52,385 nucleotides of DNA from Candidatus Doudnabacteria bacterium (GCA_038203095.1 JBBREH010000003.1:1-52385); one strand, 5' to 3'; counted from the stretch's first letter, positions 27,850-38,639 are shown. Made by a program: numbers and translations. Notes: generated by a model not told the origin, from the letters alone.

Positions 27850-28056
27850 ATGACTTTTACAATCACAATCGCATGGTCAACCGTATGGCTGGCAGCAGTT
27901 GCTGTCGCAATCGCTTGCTTTTTTTACGGTTTTATCCGACCTGATATCCTTGGATATAGAACACGATTAACTGATTGGATGTGTTTTGGCGGAATGGCTT
28001 TTGTGTTTGGATCAGCCATGGTGTTACTTTTGTTTGGAAAGACACTAGGCCTCTGA
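27850..28056 (+). CDS. Small two-helix membrane protein, hypothetical
   Basis: SD GGAGG, 68 aa with two hydrophobic segments, GC hairpin plus T-tract downstream. Confidence 0.6.
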   Translation: MTFTITIAWSTVWLAAVAVAIACFFYGFIRPDILGYRTRLTDWMCFGGMAFVFGSAMVLLLFGKTLGL

Positions 28057-28257
28057 ACAAATGGGCAAGAATACGCACCGTGTCCACGTTCTTCTTGCCC
28101 GCCAACTATCTTGGCCGCGGGAGAGATACTCGCGGCCGGATTTTTTAAAATTTTTTTTTGCCAACCGGCGAAATGGTTTTGGTTATGCCGGAAAGAAAGG
28201 TGGAAAATGGGAGTAAATTGGTTTGATAATGTAGCAGGCTGTATATACAATAAAAAT

Positions 28258-28569
28258 ATGCTAATATTTGAATTGCCTAAACCAATTGAATTTGAATGGG
28301 ATATGGGGAATCAAATAAAAAGTTATTTAAAGCATAATATTGCCACTACGGAAGCCGAGCAGGCATTTTTCTCGCGTCATTTAATGAAAAAGGACGAAAT
28401 TCACAGCATAACCGAAGAGTGCTACCATCTTTTAGGGTCAACAGATGAAGGCCGAACGTTGCTTATAAGTTTTACAATTAGAGGCAGAAAAATTAGAGTA
28501 ATTTCCGCAAGACCCGCGGATAAACAAGAAAGGAAAATTTATGCAGAAGAAATTAAAAAAAATCCCTAA
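28258..28569 (+). CDS. BrnT-family toxin (DUF497)
   Basis: FEWDMGN...KHNI...EAEQAF...LLISFTIRG.KIRVISARPA. Confidence 0.88.
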   Translation: MLIFELPKPIEFEWDMGNQIKSYLKHNIATTEAEQAFFSRHLMKKDEIHSITEECYHLLGSTDEGRTLLISFTIRGRKIRVISARPADKQERKIYAEEIKKNP

Positions 28570-28861
28570 ATTTAAAACCGAAGACGAAGAAAGGAAATTT
28601 TGGGACACTCATAGCTCGGTTGGTTATATTGACTGGTCAAAACCCGGACAGGCAGTATTCCCAAATCTTAGAATGACTTCTCGTCCAATTTCTATTCGAT
28701 TGTCTGAAAGCATTATCACAAAAGTGAAATTGAAGGCTAACCGTCTGAACGTCCCATACCAGTCTTTAATTAAGCAGTACATAGCCGCCGGTTTGGACTG
28801 GCAACCAGATATAGTAAAAGAAACGGGAAAGAATTCGTATGGAAAAAATCGTAAGAGTTAA
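28541..28861 (+). CDS. BrnA/CopG-type antitoxin
   Basis: IPKFKTEDEERKFWDTH...ISIRL...VPYQSLIKQYI; overlaps the toxin gene. Confidence 0.85.
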   Translation: MQKKLKKIPKFKTEDEERKFWDTHSSVGYIDWSKPGQAVFPNLRMTSRPISIRLSESIITKVKLKANRLNVPYQSLIKQYIAAGLDWQPDIVKETGKNSYGKNRKS

Positions 28862-28904
28862 AATAAAAAACCCTGCCAAAATGGCAGGGTTTTAAAATTA
28901 TAGT

Positions 28905-30836
28905 TTAGCTTTTCACCAAAGTTTTTTGCTTAATTTTTTCTTCAAAGCTTTCTAGGACGTCGCCTGCCATAACTTTGACCGATGTTTTTAGTTTGATACC
29001 GAATTCTTCGCCTATACCAATAAAACGTGCGGCGACTTTGCTTTGCTGGAGTTGTTCAATGGTCGCTCGGCCCAAGTCTACGCCGTCCCGCCACACGGTA
29101 ATTTGGCTTTGCTTTTTAAGTTCACCTTCTTCTACTTTACCGCCAACTATCATTTCGCCTTTTTCCGTTCTAAAAATCGCCAAGACCTTGGCCTTGCCTA
29201 AGGGGATTTTTTCTAGTTCCGGCGTAAACATTTTAATTACGGCAGAGGTAATATCCTCTATTAGTTCATAAATAACTTCGTAGGAGTCTATTACAACTTT
29301 TTTTTGCTTTGCTAAGTTTATGGCTTTGGGGTTAACTTTGCTGTGAAAACCAATAACAACCGCTCGTGAGCTGGATGCCAATAAAACGTCGCTTTCATTA
29401 ATTTCCCCTACGCCTTCGCCGACAATGTTAATTTTAACTTCATCATTTTTTAATTTGGCAATGCTTTGTTTAATGGCTTCGAGTGAGCCGGCTACGTCGG
29501 TTTTTAAAATTAAATTCAAGCTCTTGTTTTTCATATCGCCCACAATGGCCTGCTTGCTGGAAAGTTTTTGGCTATGGTTTTTGCGTTGAATGGTAACAGC
29601 AATTTCTTTGGCTTGGTCCAATGTTTCAGTGGTCTGTAAAATATCGCCGGCTTGCGGAACTTCGGAAAGCCCGGAAATTTGTGCCGGCGTGGAAGGGCCT
29701 GCTTCTTTTAATTTTTTTCCGGTTTCGTCTTCTAAGCTACGAATACGGCCAAAAGCAGCGCCCGCCGCAATGACATCACCGACTTTTAGCGTGCCATTTT
29801 GTACAATAACCGTGGCTGTGGCGCCTTTGCCTTGTGTAACTTTGCTTTCAATAATTGTCCCAATAGTTTTGCCGGCAGGATTGGCGCGGAAATTTTCAAT
29901 TTCCGCGGTCAGCAGGATCATTTCCAGCAAGTTATCTATACCAATATTTTGCTTGGCGGAAATTTCTACGGCAATAGTTTTGCCGCCCCACTCTTCAGTC
30001 AGCACGCCCTGGCCGGCTAGTTCCTGTTTTACTTTTATAATGTTCGCTTCCGGCTTGTCTACTTTGTTAATAGCCACAATCATTGGTGTGTTAGCAAATT
30101 TGGCGCGGTTAATGACTTCCAAAGTTTGGGGTTTAATGCCATCGTCTGCCGCCACCACCAAAACAATAATATCTGTAATATTAGCTCCCCTTGCGCGCAT
30201 TTCGCTAAAGGCTTCGTGGCCGGGCGTGTCCAAAAAAGTAATCATTTTACCATTTTTTTTGATATGATAGGCGCCAATATGCTGGGTAATACCGCCGCTT
30301 TCGCCTTCAACCACTTTGGCTTTACGGATAGTATCGAGCAAAGTAGTTTTGCCATGGTCAACGTGACCCATAATTGCCACAATAGGAGCGCGTGTTTTTA
30401 AATTTTCTTCCTTTTCCGCTTTTAAAATTTCATTTAAAAAACCCAAACCAAATTCTTTAACAGTCTGGTCGGCTTCCACCTCAACCTCAAAACCCAATTC
30501 CTGAGCCACAATTGAGGCTGTGTCAAAATCTACTTCTTCATTAATGGTGGCCATAACCCCGCTTTGAATGAGGACGGTAATAACTTTTGTAACAGGTAAA
30601 TTTAACAGCGTCGCAAAATCCCGGACTTTAATAAAGCCTGGCAATTTAACTTTTTTTATTTCCTTGGGTCCGGTGGCAACTTTGACCGGCTGGCCATAAG
30701 CCTCAATAAGTTTTCTGGCCACGTAGTTGTCTACCTTATTGGCCTTGGGCGAAATAAAATAACCCTTATCCTTAGCGCGGGAGCGGACATCCTGGATGGA
30801 AATATTCAATTGTGACGCAAGGGAAGAAAGGTTCAT
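28905..30836 (-). CDS. infB: Translation initiation factor IF-2
   Basis: [22 protein letters not shown] GTPase motifs, KTDVAGS. Confidence 0.97.
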   Translation of the reverse strand: MNLSSLASQLNISIQDVRSRAKDKGYFISPKANKVDNYVARKLIEAYGQPVKVATGPKEIKKVKLPGFIKVRDFATLLNLPVTKVITVLIQSGVMATINEEVDFDTASIVAQELGFEVEVEADQTVKEFGLGFLNEILKAEKEENLKTRAPIVAIMGHVDHGKTTLLDTIRKAKVVEGESGGITQHIGAYHIKKNGKMITFLDTPGHEAFSEMRARGANITDIIVLVVAADDGIKPQTLEVINRAKFANTPMIVAINKVDKPEANIIKVKQELAGQGVLTEEWGGKTIAVEISAKQNIGIDNLLEMILLTAEIENFRANPAGKTIGTIIESKVTQGKGATATVIVQNGTLKVGDVIAAGAAFGRIRSLEDETGKKLKEAGPSTPAQISGLSEVPQAGDILQTTETLDQAKEIAVTIQRKNHSQKLSSKQAIVGDMKNKSLNLILKTDVAGSLEAIKQSIAKLKNDEVKINIVGEGVGEINESDVLLASSSRAVVIGFHSKVNPKAINLAKQKKVVIDSYEVIYELIEDITSAVIKMFTPELEKIPLGKAKVLAIFRTEKGEMIVGGKVEEGELKKQSQITVWRDGVDLGRATIEQLQQSKVAARFIGIGEEFGIKLKTSVKVMAGDVLESFEEKIKQKTLVKS

Positions 30837-30955
30837 ATAGATCGCGGATATGTAGATGGGAACAGATTACACAGATGTAAAACCTAATAATTTATCAGTT
30901 TTTTTAGTTTAACTTATTAACAGTATCAGAAAAAGGCAATAAAAGCAAGGTGTTT

Positions 30956-31693
30956 TTAGGCCTTTTCCCAGATGAAATTAAACAAGGATCTCATGGTTGT
31001 GGCAATTTCTTTACTGCGGATAATAAGCCCAATGGGTTGGCTGTCTTTCCGGTAAAGCGCGAACGAGACATTGTCACCATAAATAAAACAGTCTAACGGT
31101 ACTGGAAATACATTTTTTGGAATATGCTTAACCTCCCTTAAAAAAGCTGGATCAGTTTTTAAGTTCCATATCCCAACTTGGCCGGAGCCACTAATTAGCA
31201 TTTTTACAGGAATACGATATTTAATCCTATATGGTATATAGTACTGTTCTATATATTTTTCAATTTCAGGTTGAATTTTTTCAATACCAACTAATTCAAT
31301 AATTGGTTGTCTTTCTCGCAGATTATCAAAATAAATTTTTTTTATTCCGTCCAAGCCCTCATAAAAAAATATTTTAGGCTTACTTGATGCTGTGCTTAAA
31401 AGAAGCCTGAGCTGTGGGACCAGTTGTTCAATTTGAGCTAAGTCCGACTGTTTTTTGTCTAAAAAAAGTTGTGGATCTTCAGCCACCAAATAACGCCGCT
31501 TGCCAATTACCGTTTGTGTCAACAGTCCTTGTTCCAATAGTCGAGGCAGACATTCGTAAAGAGTGGGTCTTTTTACACTAGCCTTTTCAGCTAAATGCTT
31601 TGGCAAACTTTTGCCAAGCTCCAAAGCTGCTAAATACAGCTTGGTTTCTGTTTTAGAAAGGCCAAAATTGCCCAATAAATTTTGAATAATCAT
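30956..31693 (-). CDS. TrmB-family transcriptional regulator (paralog 3)
   Basis: FGLSKTETKLY...KRPTLYECLPRLLEQGL, PKIFFYEGLDGIK. Confidence 0.85.
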   Translation of the reverse strand: MIIQNLLGNFGLSKTETKLYLAALELGKSLPKHLAEKASVKRPTLYECLPRLLEQGLLTQTVIGKRRYLVAEDPQLFLDKKQSDLAQIEQLVPQLRLLLSTASSKPKIFFYEGLDGIKKIYFDNLRERQPIIELVGIEKIQPEIEKYIEQYYIPYRIKYRIPVKMLISGSGQVGIWNLKTDPAFLREVKHIPKNVFPVPLDCFIYGDNVSFALYRKDSQPIGLIIRSKEIATTMRSLFNFIWEKA

Positions 31694-31695
31694 AA

Positions 31696-31748
31696 AGTGT
31701 TGAAATATATGACACTTATATTATATAGTTATTGCTTATATTTGTCAA
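31696..31748 (-). promoter_or_regulatory. Promoter and palindrome of TrmB paralog 3
   Basis: TTGACA(31748-31743)-N17-TATAAT(31725-31720), then AGTGTCA-N7-CAACACT. Confidence 0.65.
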
Positions 31749-31813
31749 ATAGATTATAGTAATCAGTTAGAATTTTGCAAGAAATTCTGACAGTTCCAAA
31801 AGGAGGGACTGAA

Positions 31814-32095
31814 ATGAAAAAAGTTAGACAGGCCGCAGAAGGTTAGAAGTTGTTTTTTGGCCGCCTTCTTGGAGGAGAACCCACTGACAGCATTGTGACC
31901 CGCGAACATTTCGCGCGTCAGATATTCCTGTTAGAAAGCAGAAAATCTGAGGTTGTTGTGCCAATAGGAGCCCTCCTTCGGGTTGGTATGAGGACGGGAA
32001 CTCTCAAGGAGGGCTTCAGGCTCGACTTGGGGGGCGGACATTTTTATCATCTGCGACGACACGATCGTGTCGTAGTTGTCGCGCTACCTGGATAA
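31814..32095 (+). pseudogene. Small ORF interrupted by an in-frame TAG at codon 11
   Basis: AGGAGG SD, ATG 31814, TAG 31844-31846, frame then open to TAA 32095, followed by a terminator. Confidence 0.45.
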
Positions 32096-32167
32096 TGGGT
32101 GCAAAAAACCCCGCCCTTCGGAAGCGAAGCGGCGGGGTTATTTTTTTGATTTGGGGCATTTATAATT

Positions 32168-32605
32168 TTATGACTGTACTGCGTGGCGGAGACCGGCTCT
32201 GTCTTCCAGGCGTTTTACCCGGCGTTCCAGTTGTTTAACTTCAAAATGGGGAGCCAGGCTGTCTAGCCTTAATTTAATGTCTTCTTGTCTATGATCAAAC
32301 GTAATTACGCTTTCTTTTAAACTGGAAATGTCATTTGCCGTTTGTTCAAAACCATTGGCGACCATTCTGGCTAAAGATTCATTGTCTTCCTTGGCTTCCT
32401 TAAAACCTTTGTCCATTTTGCTGTCTAGTCCATCAATCTTGACATCAAGACCGCTAAATTTACCACCAAGACCTATTATCTTCCCATTCATGCCAACAAT
32501 TTTGTAATCAATTCCTTTAAAACTAGATTCCATTAAAGAAGCTAAAGTATCTATTTTTGTAGACAGGGTGTCTAAGGTCGCTTTTTTATTTTTTTGTTTG
32601 AGCAT
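32168..32605 (-). CDS. Coiled-coil hypothetical protein with heptad repeats
   Basis: (GM/GL)xGK(I/F)xG-type 7-aa repeats; C-terminal KQLERRVKRLE. Confidence 0.7.
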   Translation of the reverse strand: MLKQKNKKATLDTLSTKIDTLASLMESSFKGIDYKIVGMNGKIIGLGGKFSGLDVKIDGLDSKMDKGFKEAKEDNESLARMVANGFEQTANDISSLKESVITFDHRQEDIKLRLDSLAPHFEVKQLERRVKRLEDRAGLRHAVQS

Positions 32606-32716
32606 AGGTTTGTATATTAATTCAAGAATAACCAGCCGTCAAATGGCAAGTTTGTAATTATTTATCATTTTCCAAATCATGATGTATAGACATCACATCC
32701 TCAATTAGCACTACAT

Positions 32717-32759
32717 CACCCCTCCCTAGCCCTCCCCATCAAGGGGAGGGAATAAGCAC
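32717..32759. repeat. Intergenic copy of the pyrF palindromic repeat
   Basis: cacccctccctagccctccccatcaaggggagggaataagcac. Confidence 0.75.
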
Positions 32760-32894
32760 TAGTTCGGTTTCTCACTGTGATATCTATAATTACCTAATAT
32801 ATCAGGCCATAAGGCTCGATAAACTTGTCCCATGCCTGACAGGGGATCGAGCAACTACAGGGGTCATTGGAAAATGGTGAATTATTACCCAAGA

Positions 32895-33968
32895 TTACTC
32901 CGTGACCGCGCCCTCTTCTGGGATTTCGTCTATTCTGGGTGGCAAAGCTTCGCCGCTTTTGACTTTTTCGCGCACGGCTTTGTCCAGCTCTTTTAAGACT
33001 TTGGGGTTATCGCGCAAAAATTGTTTGGAGGCTTCTTTGCCCACGCCTAGCTTTACGTCCCCAAAAGTATGGGTATTACCCGCCTTTTCGATTACTCCGT
33101 AAAGTACCCCAGTGTCCAGCATATCTCCGGCAACGGATATTCCTTCGTTGTACATAATGTCGAACTCAGCCACCTTAAATGGCGGGGCAACTTTATTTTT
33201 GACAATTTTGGCTTTGGTGCGGTTGCCAATAATTTTGTCACCATTTTTTATTTGGGCGTTGCGGCGGACTTCAATTCGGACACTGGCGTAAAACTTTAAA
33301 GCGTTCCCGCCGGTCGTGGTTTCGGGGTTGCCGAACATTACACCAATCTTCATTCTAATTTGGTTTATAAAAATTACCGTGGTGCTAGTTTTGCTAATAA
33401 TCGCCGTCAATTTACGTAAGGCCTGGCTCATAAGCCGAGCCTGCAGGCCCATATGGCTGTCGCCCATCTCACCCTCTATTTCATTGCGGGGAGTAAGCGC
33501 TGCTACGGAATCAATCACAATTAAATCGAGACCATTGGAACGTACTAAAGTTTCACAAATATCCAAAGCTTGCTCACCGTTGTCCGGCTGTGAAATTAGT
33601 AGATCTTCCAGTTTAACGCCAATCCGTTTGGCATATTCAGGATCCAGAGCGTGTTCGGCGTCTATAAATGCTGCTAGTCCGCCCTTTTTTTGCACCTCGG
33701 CAATCATATGCAAAGTTAGTGTGGTTTTGCCAGAGCTTTCCGGACCATAAATTTCTATGACTCTGCCTTTCGGTATGCCGCCAATGCCTAAGGCTAAATC
33801 TAAACTAATGCTGCCGGTGGGTGTGGAAGCTACGTCCATAGTTTTGGAGTCAGAGAGCTTCATAATACTTCCGGCTCCGAACTTGTCCTGGATTTGATCC
33901 ATAGCACTGGTGACGGCCTTCCACTTGCCAGTATCTATTGCCACGGATTTTGGTGTTGATTTTGTCAT
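32895..33968 (-). CDS. recA: Recombinase A
   Basis: [37 protein letters not shown]. Confidence 0.98.
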   Translation of the reverse strand: MTKSTPKSVAIDTGKWKAVTSAMDQIQDKFGAGSIMKLSDSKTMDVASTPTGSISLDLALGIGGIPKGRVIEIYGPESSGKTTLTLHMIAEVQKKGGLAAFIDAEHALDPEYAKRIGVKLEDLLISQPDNGEQALDICETLVRSNGLDLIVIDSVAALTPRNEIEGEMGDSHMGLQARLMSQALRKLTAIISKTSTTVIFINQIRMKIGVMFGNPETTTGGNALKFYASVRIEVRRNAQIKNGDKIIGNRTKAKIVKNKVAPPFKVAEFDIMYNEGISVAGDMLDTGVLYGVIEKAGNTHTFGDVKLGVGKEASKQFLRDNPKVLKELDKAVREKVKSGEALPPRIDEIPEEGAVTE

Positions 33969-33976
33969 CTTAGTTG

Positions 33977-34057
33977 AAAGATTAAAGATTAAAGATTAAA
34001 GATTAAAGATTAAAGATTAAAGATTAAAGATTAAAGATTAAAGATTAAAGATTAAAG
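33977..34057. repeat. Perfect tandem array (AAAGATT)11 plus AAAG
   Basis: Counted directly; begins 9 nt upstream of the recA ATG. Confidence 0.95.
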
Positions 34058-34186
34058 CCATATCGATGGCCGGAATCTTTAATCTACTAACTATAATAGT
34101 ATACTATCGTTCACCTAACGTCAAATGTTAACAATCCCTTATAAATAAAAGCAAAAAGTCTTTCCTGATTAAAGATATACACAGTT

Positions 34187-35140
34187 TTAATTGGATGGGC
34201 TCTCGGCGGCTTTGCTGTAAAAAGGCAGATTGTTTAACTGTTCGTGAGGTTTCCCTAAGCTGCCGATGTTTTGACCATTCAAATTCACTTTGGTTGCGCC
34301 TGCGTCGGAAGTGGAGAGGACGATTTTTTGTTTAGCTGTGAAGGTTTTGCTGTCGCCTGCGGCGAACTGCAAAGTTTGTTGGATGCCATCATCAATTGTC
34401 AGGCTTAAAACCACTGTAGCGCTAAAGTCAATTTTTAAGTTCAGTTGTTTGCTATCCTCCGGTAATTGACTAGCTCCGGTAATCCGCAATAGCTTGCTGA
34501 CAGTTTTTCCAAATCGATTTTTTGCTAAAATGGTAATTTCTTTTGCCCCGGGAGTAAGCCCCAACTGCGTTTGAAAATTACCCTTTTGGTCAACAAAAAT
34601 CACTTGATCATTAACAGTGATAATAATACCCGGATCAGTGACGCCTTGGACGTTTACGGCCGACCCCGCAATTACACTATTATTTTCTGGTTCCATGATT
34701 TGTAGAGACGGGGCTTTATTTATGGACCAGACTTGCCAAATAATATACAGCAAGCTCATTGTTATGAATGTCAGGATAAAAAAAATACTTAATAACTTTG
34801 GAGTAATGACTATTTTTTTAAAATATTTTTTGCCCCATCGTGCTCCGGCCGTGCCCGATTCATGCTCTAAATGTTTTTGGATACCTTTCTCTTTTTTGTA
34901 TTGATTGGCTAGCTCTTTGGGACCAATTAAGTAAAGTTCGGCCAGCTGTTTTAAAAAACCTAATACATAAACATCTGCGGGGAGTCTCTTAAAATTGCCG
35001 GATTCCAGGTTTTCAATAAAGCTTGTTTTAATGCCGGTTTTTTTACTGACTTCAGATATGGAAAAATTTAAATTCTTCCTGGCCGCGGATAAATATTCAC
35101 TCAAAGTTTCAATTTGAATTTTTTTCTGTTCAAATAACAT
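34187..35140 (-). CDS. RodZ-like protein (XRE HTH, TM helix, Ig-like and DUF4115-like domains)
   Basis: LSAARKNL...IENLESGNFKRLPADVYVLGFLK, TM helix, DAGATKVNLNG. Confidence 0.75.
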   Translation of the reverse strand: MLFEQKKIQIETLSEYLSAARKNLNFSISEVSKKTGIKTSFIENLESGNFKRLPADVYVLGFLKQLAELYLIGPKELANQYKKEKGIQKHLEHESGTAGARWGKKYFKKIVITPKLLSIFFILTFITMSLLYIIWQVWSINKAPSLQIMEPENNSVIAGSAVNVQGVTDPGIIITVNDQVIFVDQKGNFQTQLGLTPGAKEITILAKNRFGKTVSKLLRITGASQLPEDSKQLNLKIDFSATVVLSLTIDDGIQQTLQFAAGDSKTFTAKQKIVLSTSDAGATKVNLNGQNIGSLGKPHEQLNNLPFYSKAAESPSN

Positions 35141-35253
35141 AGGAGAATTTCCCCACCTGCGCTTGCTCTAGCCATAAGCCAAAAGCGGGCCGACAGTGTC
35201 TAATTATCAATTTCCAAATTCAGGATTAAATTTTGGGAATTGGATATTGGTAA

Positions 35254-37500
35254 TTAATTATTATTCTCCTCTTCTATCCCGTACTCCGCCTTCTCCTCCG
35301 GCGGCACCACACCATAGACTTCGCGTGGTTTAGCACCATCGCCCGGACCAATAATACCGCGAGCTTCCATAATGTCTAAAAGACGCGCAGCTCGGGCGTA
35401 GCCGACTCTTAGCCTGCGCTGAAGTAAAGAAGCAGAGGCTTTACCTGCGCGTTTAACTTCTTCTGTGGCCTCTTCCAGCAGCGGATCATTGTCACCTTCC
35501 CCGCCTTCGCTTTCAAAGCCCGGAATGCCCAAATTGCGTTTAGGTCTTTCCAAAATTTCTTCGTTATAAATAACCGCACCGGTTTGAGCCTTAAAGAAAT
35601 CCACGACTTTTTTAACTTCTTTTTCTCCTATATATGCACCCTGGATGCGTTTGGGCTTGTTGTACTCGGCCGAAGTGAAAAGCATGTCGCCGTTGCCTAA
35701 AAGTTTTTCTGCCCCACTTGAATCTAAGATTGTTCGGCTGTCTATTTGTGATGCTACCGAAAAAGCAATTCTGGAGGTGATATTAGCTTTGATTAGCCCG
35801 GTAATGATATCCACACTTGGACGCTGAGTGGCAAGAACAAGGTGAATTCCAACGGCGCGAGCCATTTGTGCTAATCGGACAATGGCCGCTTCTACGTCTG
35901 CCTGCGAGGTTGCCATGAGGTCAGCCAGTTCATCAACTAAAATTACAATGTACGGCATAGCTAATCCCGATACTTCATTATATTCAACAATATTGCGCTT
36001 GCCGACTTCCGAAAGTAATTTATAACGTCTCTCCATTTCTGCTACCGCCCACTTAAGCGCGTTTATGGCTTTTTCATTTTCTACAATCACCGGCGTAAGC
36101 AAATGAGGAATGCCGTTATAAGGGGTCATTTCCACTCGTTTTGGGTCAATGACAATAAATTTTACATCCTGAGGTGTATTACGATACAAGAGACCTATAA
36201 ACAGACTATTAATAGACACACTTTTGCCGGTGCCAGTAGCCCCGGCAATTAACAGGTGTGGCATTTTGGCCAAGTCTACCACCATAGGATGCCCAGCCAC
36301 GTCACGGCCTAAAGCTAGAGCGAGTTTGGATTTATGGTCTACAAAATCTTTGGTCTGCATAACTTCTCTCAGCCTTACTATGGCCGTAGACTTGTTAGGA
36401 ACTTCAATACCTACTAAAGCTTTGCCAGGAATAGGTAGCTCCATACGAATACTATGCGCGGCCAAAGACAAGGCTAAATCATTTTGAAGAGCGGCAATTT
36501 GTGACAGTTTGACGCCGACATTCGGGCGCAAAGTATATTGGGTAACTGTTGGCCCGACGTTGACCTCTCCCATTTCCACTTCTACACCAAAATCCGCCAA
36601 TGTTTTTTTAATAATGGCCACATTAACTTCAATATTACCGCTATCTACTGATGATTCGTTGTCGTCCAATAAATCAAACTGCGGCAGTTTCCAATCCTTT
36701 CGGTCTTCCACGGTCATGGCCTCTATTTGCAACCCCGGCGCTTTGCCCGCTGTAATAACTTTTGATGTTTTAATGATTTGGTTTTGAGTTTCTTCGCCCT
36801 GTTCTTTAAGCTTTTTGTTTTTATCCAAAACTTTTTCTTCTACAAAACCTTCTTTGCTCATGGCATTTATTTTCAGAACAGCGGGAGCTGTTTTGTCGGT
36901 CGAAGTTTTGGCGAGGGTGGAGTCTTCTTCCAAATCTTCCTCGTCCCACGCTTTCCAGAACGCCTTGAGCGGCACGTCAAAGGCAATTAGGATGGCAATG
37001 ACAATCAGGGCAAATAAAATTACACTTCCTGCCCAAAAGCCCAACAAGCCAAAGGCAGGTTGGGCAAACAGCGCGCCTAGGAATCCTCCCCCGCGGCCTT
37101 CGGCCGCCAAATCAAAAGCGTTAACTTGGTTTTTTAAATAAAAAATATGAATCAATCCGTCCACACTGCCGGTAAATAAAAATGCGCCTAGGTATGTCCG
37201 CCAGTAATAGCTACGTCCTTTGTCTTCTGAATCCAAATTTTGTTTATAAAGGGAAATTGCGATGGCGGCAAAAATTAGAGGCACTAAATAAGCCAGTACG
37301 CCAAAGAGCCAAGACAATCCTTTAAATAGTTGCTCGCCCAAACTTCCGGCCAGTCCGGCTAGGCTTAAAGCAGAGACGAGCGCCAAAACTGCGAACGCCA
37401 CCACAGCAATCCCCCTCTTGGTTTCCGGCGCCAAATTTAATTTTGGTTTACTAGCTTTTCTCTCCCGCGACTCTTTTTCTATTTTCTTTTTTCTGCTCAT
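35254..37500 (-). CDS. ftsK: DNA translocase FtsK/SpoIIIE
   Basis: N-terminal TMs, HLLIAGATGTGKS, IDPKRVE, LATQRPS, GAEKLLGNGDML, gamma domain GYARAAR. Confidence 0.95.
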   Translation of the reverse strand: MSRKKKIEKESRERKASKPKLNLAPETKRGIAVVAFAVLALVSALSLAGLAGSLGEQLFKGLSWLFGVLAYLVPLIFAAIAISLYKQNLDSEDKGRSYYWRTYLGAFLFTGSVDGLIHIFYLKNQVNAFDLAAEGRGGGFLGALFAQPAFGLLGFWAGSVILFALIVIAILIAFDVPLKAFWKAWDEEDLEEDSTLAKTSTDKTAPAVLKINAMSKEGFVEEKVLDKNKKLKEQGEETQNQIIKTSKVITAGKAPGLQIEAMTVEDRKDWKLPQFDLLDDNESSVDSGNIEVNVAIIKKTLADFGVEVEMGEVNVGPTVTQYTLRPNVGVKLSQIAALQNDLALSLAAHSIRMELPIPGKALVGIEVPNKSTAIVRLREVMQTKDFVDHKSKLALALGRDVAGHPMVVDLAKMPHLLIAGATGTGKSVSINSLFIGLLYRNTPQDVKFIVIDPKRVEMTPYNGIPHLLTPVIVENEKAINALKWAVAEMERRYKLLSEVGKRNIVEYNEVSGLAMPYIVILVDELADLMATSQADVEAAIVRLAQMARAVGIHLVLATQRPSVDIITGLIKANITSRIAFSVASQIDSRTILDSSGAEKLLGNGDMLFTSAEYNKPKRIQGAYIGEKEVKKVVDFFKAQTGAVIYNEEILERPKRNLGIPGFESEGGEGDNDPLLEEATEEVKRAGKASASLLQRRLRVGYARAARLLDIMEARGIIGPGDGAKPREVYGVVPPEEKAEYGIEEENNN

Positions 37501-37754
37501 ATAATGTGTTTCAAATTTTACCCTGAGTGTAGTTACGTATGACGTAACGAAGTCGAAGGGTGGAGTTAGTTGTTAGTTTGTAGTGCAGGCAAGTAGTCTG
37601 CGGTCAAGTCAAAGTTATGGTTTGATGTGAAATTTGGAGCAGGTAGTGGTTGGGGCAAACAGTGGACGATGATATTTCACGCATACCTATTTTAGCAGTT
37701 TTTCTCCGCTCTGTCAGGGTAATCTTTTGTATGCGTCCGTCTTGTCCCAAGATC

Positions 37755-37792
37755 CCCATGTAGTGAAGGGTCTAGGCCCTTCACTACATGGG
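37755..37792. repeat. GTAG-type REP-like palindrome
   Basis: cccatgtagtgaaggg-N6-cccttcactacatggg, perfect 16-bp arms. Confidence 0.7.
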
Positions 37793-37824
37793 CAAACGAT
37801 AATCATTTGGATAAAGGTGAATGT

Positions 37825-38583
37825 TTATAAGCTTTTCCAAATCAATTGATGCATAACCATTACCACTTCCGCTACTTGTTTGCTAGTAATTACCGTGGCA
37901 AAAGGCTTGGCTTCAAAGCTGACAATGGCGATTTTATCTTGATAAATAAACAAGCCGGAATGAGCGTTAATGGTCTGGGGTAGAATTTTCATTTCCCGCC
38001 ATAAAGTTTTGGCTTTTTTCCAATTGCTTCCAAGATTTAAAACCCCGGAATCTGTAATAAGGTAAATCTTAGGTCGATTTTCACTGTCTCTTAAAGACCA
38101 GGCTTCTTTTAAAACATCAAACCTGCCTACTCCAGCAATTTTTTCTAAAATTTGTGTGCTTGAACCAAAAAAAGACCAAGACGACGGGCAGGCGGCAATT
38201 TCAAGCGCTACATTTTTTATGCCCTCTATGCCGGAATAAAATACTACTTTTGGTTCTTCATTATGCTGTTTTGGCAACTGTGCCAAACCGGGCAATATAT
38301 TTTCTAAAATTAATTCTGCGTTAATTACCTGCCGCCGCATCTTCTTAGTTAGCTTTTCTAATTTTTGTGGCCTCCCCGCTTCAAATAGTCTTTTTTTGTT
38401 AGTATAGATTTCCGATATAATTCCGGCCTTAATCAAACCTTCTAAAGCTAAATACACCGTTGGTCTTTTGACTTGAGTCTTTTCAGCTAATTGAGATGCT
38501 GAGGACGGCCCTAAACTCAAAGCCGCCAAGTAAACCCTAGCCTCATGCCCCGAAAGCCCTAATTTTTGTAGTTCCTCTTCCAT
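37825..38583 (-). CDS. TrmB-family transcriptional regulator (paralog 4)
   Basis: LGLSGHEARVYLAAL...KRPTVYLALEGLIKAG, PKVVFYSGIEGIK. Confidence 0.85.
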   Translation of the reverse strand: MEEELQKLGLSGHEARVYLAALSLGPSSASQLAEKTQVKRPTVYLALEGLIKAGIISEIYTNKKRLFEAGRPQKLEKLTKKMRRQVINAELILENILPGLAQLPKQHNEEPKVVFYSGIEGIKNVALEIAACPSSWSFFGSSTQILEKIAGVGRFDVLKEAWSLRDSENRPKIYLITDSGVLNLGSNWKKAKTLWREMKILPQTINAHSGLFIYQDKIAIVSFEAKPFATVITSKQVAEVVMVMHQLIWKSL

Positions 38584-38586
38584 ACT

Positions 38587-38639
38587 TTGTCATAATTATC
38601 TGACAACATAATTATAGAATAAATGACCCATAAACTCAA
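38587..38639 (-). promoter_or_regulatory. Promoter and palindrome of TrmB paralog 4
   Basis: TTGAGT(38639-38634)-N17-TATAAT(38616-38611), then TTGTCA-N8-TGACAA. Confidence 0.65.

Noticed and set aside
28111-28257. N-terminal extension of the toxin ORF from 28111
   Set aside because: It runs through the upstream terminator hairpin; the BrnT-like sequence begins at ATG 28258
33977-34057. Tandem array as a possible CRISPR
   Set aside because: 7-bp units with no spacers and no cas genes; no CRISPR array anywhere in the window
34100-34135. LexA/SOS box upstream of recA
   Set aside because: No match to CTGT-N8-ACAG or CGAAC-N4-GTTYC consensus
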